Origin: Nitrospirota bacterium
GTDB lineage: Bacteria > Nitrospirota > UBA9217
Length of the DNA: 64,000 nucleotides
Reading direction: 5' to 3'
NCBI GenBank assembly: GCA_963751455.1
Contig: CAVVUN010000009.1
Span: 352,001 to 416,000, forward strand
The position numbers and the translations under genes were made by a program. The notes beneath the pieces are model-generated. The model saw nothing but the letters and a program-made list of their open reading frames with translations, made no database searches and was not told the DNA's origin. Shown one piece after another: positions 52,277 to 63,000 of the stretch (the stretch's first letter is position 1; the number at the start of each line of letters is the position of its first letter).

Positions 52277-52368
52277 TATAAAACGAATCTGAAAATAAGA
52301 AACAATTAAAAACAAACATGCCAAATGAAACAATAGAATACGTCAGCAAACGAAACAAACCGGAAATC

Positions 52369-53092
52369 ATGCAACCCATTTATGAAGACGACGAAATAAA
52401 TCTACTCGAATACTGGAAGCGTTCTCTGGCGCAGAAAATACCTATTGATGGCTCTGTTTGTCGTCTGCGTTACGGCAACCATGGTAATAAGCCTTCAACT
52501 TCCAAAGTTTTATCAGTCAGAAGCTATGATCATCACGTCGGGCTCCGAATCAGGCGGGCTTGGCGCCGCATTATCAGCCCTTCCTTTAGCGGGGGCCTTC
52601 GGGGGCCTAGGTGGCGTGCAGACGCCTGCTGATAAGATAATGGTCATACTGAAGAGTCGGACTATTGCCGTGGATGTGATCAATAAATTCGGATTGATGA
52701 AGGTCTTTTTTGACAAAGAATGGGATTCAACCAGAGGGACCTGGATAAATCCTGATAAACATCCTGTCATGCAGGATGCTATAAAACAACTGAACACGGG
52801 TGTCGCAAAATTCCACAAGAGTAAGGAAGGGGCCATCACGGTGAGTGTCGAGTGGAAGGACCCGAAGCTTGCTGCAGACATTGCCAATTATTACATTACA
52901 GCTCTAACCGGCATCTTGAATGAAAAATCCATTAATGTAACTATTCAAATAGTGGACAAAGCCGTCCCTGCGGAGAGGAAGTCGCGGCCGAAGATAAGTC
53001 AAAATATGATGCTGGCAGGTGTTGCAAGCATTTTTATCGGCGTATTCATTGCATTCTTTCTAGAATATCTTTCAAAACAGAAAAAGCGGTAG
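52369..53092 (+). pseudogene. wzz: Wzz chain-length determinant with a +1 frameshift near 52417-52420
   Basis: MQPIYEDDEINLLEYW continues as VLWRRKYLLMALF...VDKAVPAERKSRP in the next frame; may be a sequencing error. Confidence 0.8.
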
Positions 53093-53152
53093 GGATCAGT
53101 TGGATTGCTTAGACTAATTCGACCAAGATGAACCAATACAACCAATAAAACC

Positions 53153-53989
53153 TTGCTCAAATTCCTCATCACATCCGTTCTCATAATCCTTCCCTCCATT
53201 GCAGCCGCCGAAGACCTCGAGATAATCAACCGGCCGGTCAATTCATCCGGATTTACCGGTCTCTTGTTTACAACCGCTCCGTACACGGTCCCGGATCACA
53301 CAGTAGAAGTAGCCAGCGCCGTCCTGTCTGAAAACAGCACTGTTCCGGATTACATCGTCACGGAAGTTCCAATGCTAAGCATAACTGCGGGAGTGTCGCC
53401 AGACCTGGAGATAGCCATAAAAGGGTCCTATTTCCGCAAAACACTGGATGGGGGGAGCAATAAAGAACGCGGGGCAGGGGACACGCATATATCGTGCAAG
53501 TGGAATTTCCTGCCTCATAAGGAATATTCTTCAAACCCTTCCCTTGCCTTGCTAATTACCGGAATAGCCCCTACCGCTGATGAAAAGCTTGGACTGAGCA
53601 GTATTGTTCACTGGGGGGCAAAAACAGGCCTTTCTGTGGGCACAGAGATGGACTGGGGAGAGCATATCGTCGGCATCTATGCTGATGGTCAGGTCGTCTT
53701 TCACGATCTCTCTGATAAGCGCTACCGGGACCGGTACGGCGAGGTTAACGCGGGCTTGCTGCTTCCTATAAGCAAACACCGGAATCTCCAGATGCTTATC
53801 GAATACAACCTGGTGTCGGGAATTGACAAAATATCGGCCCTCGGCGGTGATTATTCCGGGCTTACCTATGGCTTGAGGCTCGTTGGCGAGAGGTTTAATT
53901 TGTCGTTTGGAACGCAATTTCTGCATAAGAAGGAACCCGGTTTCGAAAAAGCAAACCGCGTAATAGGAATGGCCAGCATTAAGCTTTAA
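53153..53989 (+). CDS. Exported beta-rich (probable outer-membrane) hypothetical protein
   Basis: Signal peptide, GFTGLL..APYT, GAGD and alternating beta-strand pattern; start uncertain. Confidence 0.55.
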   Translation: MLKFLITSVLIILPSIAAAEDLEIINRPVNSSGFTGLLFTTAPYTVPDHTVEVASAVLSENSTVPDYIVTEVPMLSITAGVSPDLEIAIKGSYFRKTLDGGSNKERGAGDTHISCKWNFLPHKEYSSNPSLALLITGIAPTADEKLGLSSIVHWGAKTGLSVGTEMDWGEHIVGIYADGQVVFHDLSDKRYRDRYGEVNAGLLLPISKHRNLQMLIEYNLVSGIDKISALGGDYSGLTYGLRLVGERFNLSFGTQFLHKKEPGFEKANRVIGMASIKL

Positions 53990-54405
53990 ATAGAAATAAC
54001 GGCAAAACCTGCCGCAAGAAAATGTTTGTCGAATGCGAATGCTTTACTGATTTTTTGTCGTTTCATGATCGTAAAGCTCACCGCATCGGCATAGCTAAAA
54101 TCCTGACCGGAGTATTTGCCCAGCATCGCCTGCGCTTCAGCTTCGATATCCTCGGTTGAATATACCCGCATAATCCTCGGACTTGTCTTCACTCGTTCAA
54201 GAAAGGCAAAAGCCGCTGCATGTCCCAATTCATTCAAAAGAATGACATACGCCTCGGCAATAACTAAATTGCTGGTTATCAGAGGGCTGTTCCTTGAGAG
54301 AAGAGAGGGATATACTGCTGCGGCTTTTTTATGGTTTGCATCGTCGGTGTCCGCCAGCGCAATCCACGCGCCGGCATCAACAAATACTGCCTCGTGAAGC
54401 CTCAT
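53986..54405 (-). CDS. PIN-domain (VapC) toxin
   Basis: VFVDAGAWIAL..D..H, VIAE, SYADAVSF..M and AFAFDKHF..AGF motifs. Confidence 0.9.
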   Translation of the reverse strand: MRLHEAVFVDAGAWIALADTDDANHKKAAAVYPSLLSRNSPLITSNLVIAEAYVILLNELGHAAAFAFLERVKTSPRIMRVYSTEDIEAEAQAMLGKYSGQDFSYADAVSFTIMKRQKISKAFAFDKHFLAAGFAVISI

Positions 54406-54659
54406 CTCCTGCCTGCTCTTTGGTACTTCACCAGGTATTTGTCGTGATGCTCGGAGATGTCTCCTTTGCCTGAGTTTCCGAGCCCGACAAGGCCCATAGC
54501 CGGATCCTCCTCAACCGGGAGCGCGGTCAAATATTTCTCGATGCTTTCCCGTATCAACTCAGCCTTTGACACCCCGCGCTTCTTAGCCAGGACTGCGAGC
54601 GCCGCATCCTGAGCCGGCTCGATATACATTTGAATGGGCTTTTTCTTAAGATTTTTCAT
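54402..54659 (-). CDS. Ribbon-helix-helix (CopG) antitoxin
   Basis: IQMYI...LA..RGVSKAELIRESIEKYL; DISEHHDKYL; overlaps the toxin start. Confidence 0.88.
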   Translation of the reverse strand: MKNLKKKPIQMYIEPAQDAALAVLAKKRGVSKAELIRESIEKYLTALPVEEDPAMGLVGLGNSGKGDISEHHDKYLVKYQRAGRR

Positions 54660-54714
54660 AAAGAAAATATATATCATAAATTGTGATATGTCCATAGGTA
54701 ATATAGGTCAATTT

Positions 54715-54970
54715 ATCGTCGAAGTTATCGTTGTTCGTCTCACGCATCGAGTCCCGTATCGAATAGATTCAGCGATGAGCACGAACCACGTGACCATAAA
54801 CCGAAACGGGCGTCAGAACCCTAGCCGGTTTACCACTTGACCATCCTTGAAACGGTAGTTCGTCTAAGGGAACGAAGCCCGTATCGTGGACCGTAAAAGC
54901 GGTTTACGGTTAAAGCCGAACAACGACCAACCGATCGCCGAAACGGGCATCCCAACCTTAACCTTTTTAA
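54715..54970 (+). repeat. Two diverged copies of the CCCGTATCG...CCGAAACGGG family
   Basis: GTCCCGTATCGAA...CCGAAACGGGCGTC and ACGAAGCCCGTATCGTGGA...CCGAAACGGGCATCCCAACC..CCTTTTTAA. Confidence 0.78.
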
Positions 54971-55156
54971 TCTCAATTAATCAGCCTACAAAAGAGACGG
55001 CATCACGGATGCCTCGATCCAAACAAACCAAACAAACAATGACTTAAACCTACAAATCTAACCTTAAACTTTATCTTTCCCATTGTCCGATAATGTATAT
55101 TATGTCAAATCATAATCCAATAAGCAAAAACACTTTAATTCACAATACTCCCTTCT

Positions 55157-56040
55157 CTAAATGTGTTTATTATGTATCAGACCGCTGCCGTAATCGGCAG
55201 CATGGTAGGAACTCCTGACGTGCGGTCCTGATGCAACCTGACGAAATCCCAAATCAAAAGCCATGTCGCGAAGCTGCTTGAATTCATCCGGGATGATAAT
55301 ACTTTTCCACCGGCAAACTGCTTTTCCCCGGCCTTAGGTACTGTCCGAGCGTTAAAAAAGTACAGCCGTTGTTGCGGAGTTCTTTCATGACCCGGAGAAC
55401 TTCTTCATTTCCCTCCCCTAATCCCAGCATTAAACCCGTTTTCGTCACAGCTCCCAATTTCACGTGCATTTGCGAGCAGTTCTATCGAACGTCTATAATC
55501 AGCTCCCGGACGCACTCGTGAATACAGAGACGGCACTGTTTCAATGTTGTGATTGAGGATATCGGGTTTTGCGTCGAGGATGGTTCGAAGCGAGGCTGCA
55601 GAACCCTGGAAGTCCGGTATAAGAACTTCAACCCTGCATCCAGGAGATTTCGTTCGAATTGCCCGAATAGTTTCTGCGAAGAGAAACGCCCCGCCGTCAG
55701 CCAGATCGTCACGGGTCACGGATGTAATTACCGCATAGCGGAGACCGAGTGCTGCAACGGCATCGGCGATTCGATATGGTTCGTCGAAGTCGGCGTCGTC
55801 AGGTAGACCTTTCGGAACATTGCAGAAGCGGCACGATCGCGTGCAAATATTACCCAGGATCATGAATGTCGTTGTTCCCGCGTTCCAGCATTCCAGCCTG
55901 TTCGGGCAGGCAGCGCTTTCACAAACGGTGTGAAGTCTGCCCTCCTTGATCAATCTGCGGACCTTTGAGTGGCGCTCTCCTGCTTCGATTCGTATCTTGA
56001 ACCAGGGAGGAAGTCTTTTGATGGTCTGGGAAGAAGTCAT
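55157..56040 (-). pseudogene. lipA: Lipoyl synthase with two +1 frameshifts (near 55460 and 55290)
   Basis: TVCESAACPN..ECW, CTRSCRFC, NHNIETV; continues TKTGLMLGLGE..GQYLRP, then [14 protein letters not shown] in successive frames. Confidence 0.88.
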
Positions 56041-56044
56041 TAAG

Positions 56045-56135
56045 TGGTTTGTTTGGTTTGTTTGGTTTGTTTGGTTTGTTTGGTTTGTTTGGTTTTGGTT
56101 TCTGTAACCAAATAAACCCGACAAACCAAACAAAC
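56045..56135. repeat. 9-nt-period inverted repeat element between lon and lipA
   Basis: (GGTTTGTTT)x5 then AACCAAATAAACCCGACAAACCAAACAAAC. Confidence 0.92.
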
Positions 56136-56139
56136 TTGA

Positions 56140-58518
56140 TCAGCTGCTCTTTTTCCCGTCAAGCGCCGCGGTGATCACCTGGTCGATCGTGTCCACAAAA
56201 ACGAAATTCATTTCTTTGCGTAAATCCGCCGGAACATCGTCCAGGTCGTTTTTGTTCTTTTCAGGAAGGATCACCGTCTTGATGCCGGCGCGTCTCGCTG
56301 CCAGCACTTTTTCCTTTACGCCCCCGATCGGCATAACTTTGCCGCGCAGCGTTATCTCCCCGGTCATCGCGACGTCATGTTTCGCCACCTTTCCGGTAAT
56401 CATGGATACGATAGCGGTGGTCATCGTAACGCCTGCCGACGGCCCGTCCTTCGGTATCGCTCCTGCCGGAACATGGATATGTATGTCGGTCTTGTCAAAG
56501 AAGTCCTTGTTGATGCCGAGCTCCTGCGCCTGAGACCTGACGTAGCTCAGGGCTGCCTGGGCGGATTCCTTCATGACATCCCCGAGCTGGCCGGTCAGGG
56601 TCAGCTGTTTGTTGCCGGGCATCATGGAGGCCTCGATGAACAGGATGTCCCCTCCCGTGGGCGTCCACGCAAGCCCCGTAACAACACCGGGACGATCGAT
56701 CCGGACCGCGGTTTCCGCGAAGAACCGGGGATTTCCCAGGTAGTCGTGCAGACTCTCGATCTTGATGGTTATCGGGACCGGTTTCCCTTCCGCAACGGCC
56801 TTGGCCACCTTGCGGCATACATTTGCGATTTCGCGTTCAAGATTACGAACCCCTGCCTCTCGCGTATAGTCCTTGATGATGCCTTGCAGCGCATCGTCCT
56901 CTATCACGATCTCATCCGGTTTCAGCGCGTTTGCCTGGATCTCCTTCGGGATAAGGTATTTTTTCGCTATATTCAGTTTTTCGTGCTCGGTGTACCCCGG
57001 CAAATGGAGCACTTCCATGCGGTCGAGCAGCGGCGGCGGAATCGTATCGAGCTGGTTTGCGGTGGTAATAAACATGACGCTCGAAAGATCGAAAGACACA
57101 TCGAGATAATTATCGCGAAAGTCCTTGTTTTGCTCGGGATCGAGCACCTCAAGGAGCGCGGAAGAAGGATCGCCGCGCCAGTCCGCGCCCACTTTATCGA
57201 CCTCGTCGAGCATGATTACCGGGTCTTTCGTCTCGATGCGCTTGATGACCTGGATGATCCGGCCGGGCATCGCCCCTATATACGTGCGGCGATGGCCCCG
57301 GATCTCAGCCTCGTCATGCAATCCGCCAAGCGACAGGCGCATGAATTTCCTGTCCAGTGCCCGGGCAATGGACTGGCCGAGCGATGTCTTTCCCACTCCT
57401 GGAGGCCCCACAAAGCAGAGAATCGGCTCCCGCATGCGTGACTTATCTTTGGTCTCCCTCTCCTGCCCCAGCTTTTTTACAGCCAGATATTCAAGGATCC
57501 TGTCTTTTACTTTCTCGAGATCATAATGGTCCTCGTCAAGTATGATCCTCGCCTTCCCGATATCAATCGGAGACGCCGATGTCTTGTTCCACGGCAGCGT
57601 CGTCATCCATTCCAGATAGGTGCGGATGACTGAGTATTCCGGGGATGAAGCCGAAAGTTTTTCCATGCGGCCGAGCTCCCGCTTTGACTCCTTCTCGGCT
57701 TCCGGAGGCATTTTTGCCGATTCAATTTTTTCCCGCAGGTTCTTCAGTTCCGAGCCCTCGTCGGTTTCTTCGCCCAGCTCTTTCCGTATTGCCGAAAGCT
57801 GCTGACGGAGCAGGTACTCGCGTTCCGCCTTCTGCATCTGGTCCCTGGCCTGTCCCTGGATCTTTCGGCCGAGTTCGAGCACTTCGACCTCGCGGTTCAA
57901 ATAATGTATGATTTTGTTCAGTTTATTGAAGACCGATTCCGTCTCAAGGATCTCCTGGCGCTGCGGCAGTTCCATCCGGATATTCGTTGCTATGAGGTAT
58001 GCCAGCTGGAGCGGCTCCTCGATGTTCACTGCAGCTGAAGACAGCTCTTCAGGCATGTTTGGCGTGAGCGAAACCATCTTCTGAAAGACTTCCGATACGC
58101 CGCGCATGAGCGCTTCGAGCTGCACGGATTTTTCAATTTTGTCGGGCATGGGTTTTATCCGTGCCCTGATGTAAGGCTCAACCTGCGGGAAGTGCTCGAT
58201 GCTGATCCGCTCGATGCCCTGCACGAGCACGCGCAGCGTCCCGTCGGGCACTTTCACCATCTGGAGGATGCGGGCCATCGTGCCGATTGGATAAATATCG
58301 GACACCCCGGACACTTCAATGTCCGTTTTTCGCTGCGCGGTGAGGGCCAGGATTTTGTCGCCCACGGTAACGTCGTTGATAAGCTTGATCGATTTTTCTT
58401 TCCCAATCACGAGCGGGTAGACCGTCAGCGGGTAAACAACCGTGTCCTTCAGCGGCAGCAAAGGAAGCTCAGCCGGTACGACCGGTATTTTTTCTGTCTC
58501 TGTTTCTGGACTTTCCAT
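56140..58518 (-). CDS. lon: ATP-dependent Lon protease
   Basis: LPLLPL, GPPGVGKTS, GHRRTYIGAMPG, PKDGPSAG and IGGVKEK motifs; AGGAG RBS supports the ATG at 58518. Confidence 0.97.
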   Translation of the reverse strand: MESPETETEKIPVVPAELPLLPLKDTVVYPLTVYPLVIGKEKSIKLINDVTVGDKILALTAQRKTDIEVSGVSDIYPIGTMARILQMVKVPDGTLRVLVQGIERISIEHFPQVEPYIRARIKPMPDKIEKSVQLEALMRGVSEVFQKMVSLTPNMPEELSSAAVNIEEPLQLAYLIATNIRMELPQRQEILETESVFNKLNKIIHYLNREVEVLELGRKIQGQARDQMQKAEREYLLRQQLSAIRKELGEETDEGSELKNLREKIESAKMPPEAEKESKRELGRMEKLSASSPEYSVIRTYLEWMTTLPWNKTSASPIDIGKARIILDEDHYDLEKVKDRILEYLAVKKLGQERETKDKSRMREPILCFVGPPGVGKTSLGQSIARALDRKFMRLSLGGLHDEAEIRGHRRTYIGAMPGRIIQVIKRIETKDPVIMLDEVDKVGADWRGDPSSALLEVLDPEQNKDFRDNYLDVSFDLSSVMFITTANQLDTIPPPLLDRMEVLHLPGYTEHEKLNIAKKYLIPKEIQANALKPDEIVIEDDALQGIIKDYTREAGVRNLEREIANVCRKVAKAVAEGKPVPITIKIESLHDYLGNPRFFAETAVRIDRPGVVTGLAWTPTGGDILFIEASMMPGNKQLTLTGQLGDVMKESAQAALSYVRSQAQELGINKDFFDKTDIHIHVPAGAIPKDGPSAGVTMTTAIVSMITGKVAKHDVAMTGEITLRGKVMPIGGVKEKVLAARRAGIKTVILPEKNKNDLDDVPADLRKEMNFVFVDTIDQVITAALDGKKSS

Positions 58519-58581
58519 GGATTTGCTCCTAGTAAGATTCTTGAATAGTTTTTCAAAGAGACTTGAGATCTTCAACGTTGT

Positions 58582-58654
58582 TTACCCCGTTAGAGAAAGC
58601 CGCCGACTCCCGCAATCTGTCATCGTTAGAGAACTTGTTCTCTAACGGGGTTTA
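58582..58654. mobile_element. Small MITE-like element
   Basis: Terminal IRs ACCCCGTTAGAGAA / TTCTCTAACGGGGT with T-rich flanks, between hsp20 and lon. Confidence 0.65.
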
Positions 58655-58674
58655 CCTGCATGCTGTCAACGGCA

Positions 58675-59070
58675 TCAATTAATTTTTCTGATAGTCACTT
58701 TGAGTAAACCATTTTTATATTCGGCTTTGACATTCTCACTATTCACGCTCACCGGAATATTGATCTCCGATCTGAACTGGCCGTATTTGATGCCCAACTG
58801 ATGGCAGGCGTTCATCTCGCTGCATGGATATTGCTTTCGCTTCCCTTCCACCACGAGAAGATCGCTGAAAAGAGTGACTTCCATTTCGTCTTCCGCCATG
58901 CCGGCCAGTTCCATGACAATAATGAGTTCTTCCCGCGTTTCATACACATCTGTCGGAGGCCGCCACACGATTGCAGAGGGCTGGTTCCATGTTCCGAATG
59001 ATTCCCAACTCCGGAAGGAGCCCTCGGAGCCCTTGCGCGTATATTTATAGGCCAGATATTTGTATCGCAA
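58675..59070 (-). CDS. Hsp20/alpha-crystallin small heat-shock protein
   Basis: WRPPTDVYET..ELAGM, YGQFRSEI.IP and AEYKNGLL.V motifs. Confidence 0.92.
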   Translation of the reverse strand: MRYKYLAYKYTRKGSEGSFRSWESFGTWNQPSAIVWRPPTDVYETREELIIVMELAGMAEDEMEVTLFSDLLVVEGKRKQYPCSEMNACHQLGIKYGQFRSEINIPVSVNSENVKAEYKNGLLKVTIRKIN

Positions 59071-59139
59071 CCAGCATGCCTCCCTTCACGATCATAAGAC
59101 TGTCAAACAGATACGAATAATTTTTCTTTAATTATTAAC

Positions 59140-59168
59140 AACATAGCAAAGTAGATCTGGAATGTCAA
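59140..59168 (-). promoter_or_regulatory. Putative sigma70 promoter for hsp20-lon-lipA
   Basis: Minus strand TTGACA-17bp-TATGTT with TGn extension. Confidence 0.55.
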
Positions 59169-59267
59169 GGTTGTTACGAAAAAGGCGTTGATCATCGTTT
59201 TCGAAAATTATTTGCTTCGTCGAGAAACGCGTATTTGCCTGTAAAACAAACAAATCCTTTTTGTAAC

Positions 59268-59400
59268 TAGAGCCCGTATTTTAATTGCCGTTTTATTTAA
59301 GACCGTCACCTGCGAAGGCAGGAATCCAATCTTTTCAGAAACCTCTGGATGCCGGATCAAGTCCGGCATGACGAAAAAGGGCATTTAAATACAGACTCTA
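59268..59400. mobile_element. MITE-like element containing a REP pair
   Basis: Imperfect IRs TAGAGCCCGTATTTTAATTGCC / GGCATTTAAATACAGACTCTA enclose GTCACCTGCGAAGGCAGGAATCCA...TGGATGCCGGATCAAGTCCGGCATGAC. Confidence 0.7.
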
Positions 59401-59608
59401 ATGTAGTGTCTCACAAACGACTGGTGTTATCATAGCGCAGCAGTAGGCCGCAGCCAAACTTGTAGGGCAAGGCTTTAGCCTTGCTGAAAGCGCCGGAACA
59501 GCAGCAACCCCAAAGGGTCGCCCTACAAATTCATCAGCAAATATTTATGCGAAGATAAGTTTTCGATGAAATCATCATAACACCGTCCATTTAAGAGACA
59601 CTACACTA
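59399..59608. mobile_element. MITE-like element containing a GTAG-type REP doublet
   Basis: IRs TAATGTAGTGTCTC / GAGACACTACACTA enclose GTAGGGCAAGGCTTTAGCCTTGC...GCAACCCCAAAGGGTCGCCCTAC. Confidence 0.72.
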
Positions 59609-59627
59609 ACTACTCAGGTCTTTTTTT

Positions 59628-59745
59628 ATCCGCAGATTACGCAGATTTCGCAGATAAAAACAAAACCAGAATTCCGGCTTTAGAATCTGCGTCAATCTGC
59701 TTGTGCCCGCGCTTTGGCAACAGCAGGGTACGAAATCTGCGGATA
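59628..59745. repeat. Second 9-nt-period inverted repeat family (CGCAGATTA / AATCTGCG)
   Basis: CGCAGATTA CGCAGATTT CGCAGATAA ... AATCTGCGTCAATCTGC ... AAATCTGCGGAT. Confidence 0.8.
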
Positions 59746-60079
59746 GAAGGGCTTTTTCTCAGATTTGTCTTAATGCCGTTCTGAAAAGAAGCTGAATAGT
59801 TACTCCTTTTTAAACAGCCAAAGCATAGTGTTTCTGAACACCGAAACTGTTTGAATGCCGTCTAATTTTCTCGACAACAAAACGTTTCTCTGATATATTT
59901 GAAACGTTAATTATATAATTAAATTTATTAATTTACTTTCTTTTCCCAATGAATATTTTTCTCTTTGATACGGGCTGAATTCCCGTTCTCATCTTGTTTC
60001 ATTTCATGCCGGAACTGTCACATAAATTGTTCACTTCTGATCAGTAAATTGAATTTAGCCGCTTAAAAAGGAGGTTCCT

Positions 60080-63000
60080 ATGGGGGTATCGAGACGGGAT
60101 TTTATGAAGATCTCGGGCAGTACGGTTCTGCTCAGTTCCCTGGGCATCAATCTTGACCCGGCAAAGGCCTACGCACAAGGGCTCCGGATCAAGGATGCCA
60201 AGGAGACGCAAACGATCTGTCCCTACTGTTCGGTAGGCTGCGGAATCGTGGTCCACGCGAAAGACGGCAAGGTCATTTACACTGAGGGCGATCCTGATCA
60301 TCCCATCAACGAAGGCGCGCTCTGTTCGAAGGGAGCATCTCTGTTCCAGGTTATAAACAATACGAACAGGCTGACGAAACCGAAATACCGGGCTGCCGGC
60401 GCCGCTGAATGGAAGGATGTTGAATGGGACTGGGCGCTCGACGAGATCGCGAAGCGGGTAAAGGCAACTCGTGACAGGACCTTCAAGCTGACGTCAAAAT
60501 CGAAAGTGAAGGAGAAACAGCCGGACGGCGCCGAGAAAGATGTCGAGAAGGAGTTCAGCGTCAACCGTACCGACGGCATTGCCCATGTTGGGAGCGCCGC
60601 ACTCGACAATGAAGAATGCTACATGCTTCAGAAAATGCTCCGGTCATGGGGCCTCGTATACATAGAACACCAGGCCCGTATCTGACACTCCGCTACTGTA
60701 GCGGCTCTGGGAGAGTCGTTCGGGCGCGGTGCAATGACGAATCACTGGATCGATGTACGAAATGCAGACGTCGTCCTCGTAATGGGGAGCAACCCTGCAT
60801 CGAACCATCCCATTTCCATGAAATGGGTCATGAAAGCAAAAGAGCGGGGCGGAAAGCTTATTGTCGTCGACCCCCGCTTTACACAGACTGCTGCAAAGGC
60901 TGATGTCTATGCCCCGATGCGTTCGGGCACCGACATCGCCTTCCTCGGAGGAATGATCAAGTACATCCTGGACAAGAATCTCTACTTCAAAGAATATGTG
61001 GTCAAGTACACAAATGCTCCTTTCCTCCTGAACCCCGATTTCAAAGGCCCGGGCGAATTGAACGGCCTGTTCTCGGGTTATGATGAGAAGACCAGGAAAT
61101 ATGACAAAAAGACCTGGTCGTATCAGATGGATGAGAGCGGGATCCCGAAAAAAGATGCTTCCCTCCAAAACCCCAACAGTGTGTACCAGCAGCTGAAGAA
61201 GCATTATTCCCGGTATACGCTCGATAAGGTTTCCTCCATTACAGGCACGCCAAAGGACAAACTCGTAGAGGTTTACAAGCTTTACGGCTCGACAGGAAAA
61301 CCCAACCGGGCGGGTACGGAACTCTATGCCATGGGCTGGACTCAGCACACGGTCGGGACCCAGAATATCCGCGCCATGAGCGTTATCCAGCTGCTGCTTG
61401 GCAATATGGGAATGGCAGGCGGCGGCATCAATGCGCTCCGCGGCGAAAGCAACGTCCAGGGGTCAACGGACCAGGGGCTGCTGTTCCATATTCTGCCCGG
61501 CTACCTGCCGGTACCGACAGCTTCCATCGCGAACCTTACTGCTTACATCGAAAAGCACACGCCCAAGACGAAGGAGCCCAAGAGTGTGAACTGGTGGTCC
61601 AACCGGGGAAAGTACGTTACCAGTTACCTCAAGGCTGTCTACGGCAATAAAGCGCAGAAGGACAATGACTTCGGTTATGCATGGCTCCCGAAACTGGACG
61701 AAGGCATGAACGCCTCCTGGCTCATGCTGTTTGACAAGATGCTCAAAGGCCAGTTCGAAGGTTTCTTCGCCTGGGGCCAGAACCCCGCCTGCTCGGGCGC
61801 AAATTCGAACAAGACCAGAAAAGCCCTCGCCAACCTGAAATGGATGGTGAACGTTAATCTCTATGACAATGAGACAGGGTCCTTCTGGAAGGGTCCCGGC
61901 CTGAACCCCAAGGACATCCAGACCGAGGTCTTCCTGCTCCCCGCGGCTTCGTCAGTCGAAAAAGAAGGAAGCCTTTCGAACTCGGGCCGCTGGGCACAAT
62001 GGAGATATAAAGCCATAGAGCCCATCGGCGAGTCCAAGCCGGACTCGGAGATCATGAACGAACTCCAGTTCAGGGTGAAGAGCCTTTACCAGAAGCAGGG
62101 CGGCAAGTTCCCGGAACCTATTGTGAACCTGACGTGGAACTTCGGGGATAAAGACGCTTCGGGCAAGGTAAAGGCAGTAAACATCCATAACGTCGCGAAG
62201 GAGATAAACGGTTACTATCTCGAAGACGTCTACGACAAAACTCAAACGCCACCCAAGCTTCTGGGCAAAAAAGGCGATCTTTGCGCTTCCTTCGTCCATT
62301 TGCAGGCGGACGGAACCACTTCGTGCGGCTCCTGGATCTATTCACAGAGCTATACGCAGAAGGAAGGCAAAATCATCAATATGATGGCCCGGAGAGGCAA
62401 AAACGATCCCACCGGCCTCGGCCTGTATAACGAATGGGCCTGGGCATGGCCGGTCAACAGGCGGATCATCTACAATCGGGCATCCTGTGACCCCCAGGGG
62501 AAGCCGTGGGACCCCAAGCGCGCAGTCGTAAAGTGGGACCCCAACAAGCTGGACGCGGCAACCAAGAAACCGGGCGCCTGGGCCGGAGATGTGCCGGACG
62601 GACCGGCTCCGCCCATGGCAACGGAAAAAGGCAAGCTGCCGTTCATTATGATGGCCACGGGTGTCGGCGGTCTCTTCGGCCCCGGGCTTGTCGACGGGCC
62701 CTTCCCTGAGCACTATGAGGCTCTTGAATGTCCTCTCGAAGCAAATCTCATGTCAAAGCAGAGAGTAAATCCGGCGGTTAAGATGTTCAATGAAAAAGAT
62801 GATGCCTTCTCCTCGTGCGACACGCGCTATCCCTTTGTCGCGACTACCTACCGCGTTGCGGAGCACTGGCAGACCGGGGTCATGACGCGCCATCTGTCCT
62901 GGCAGCTCGAGATGCAGCCGCAGATATTTGTCGAGCTGAGTCAGGAACTGGCAAAGGAAAAGGGCATCCGGAACGGCGAAAAAGTGACCGTTAAGTCGGC

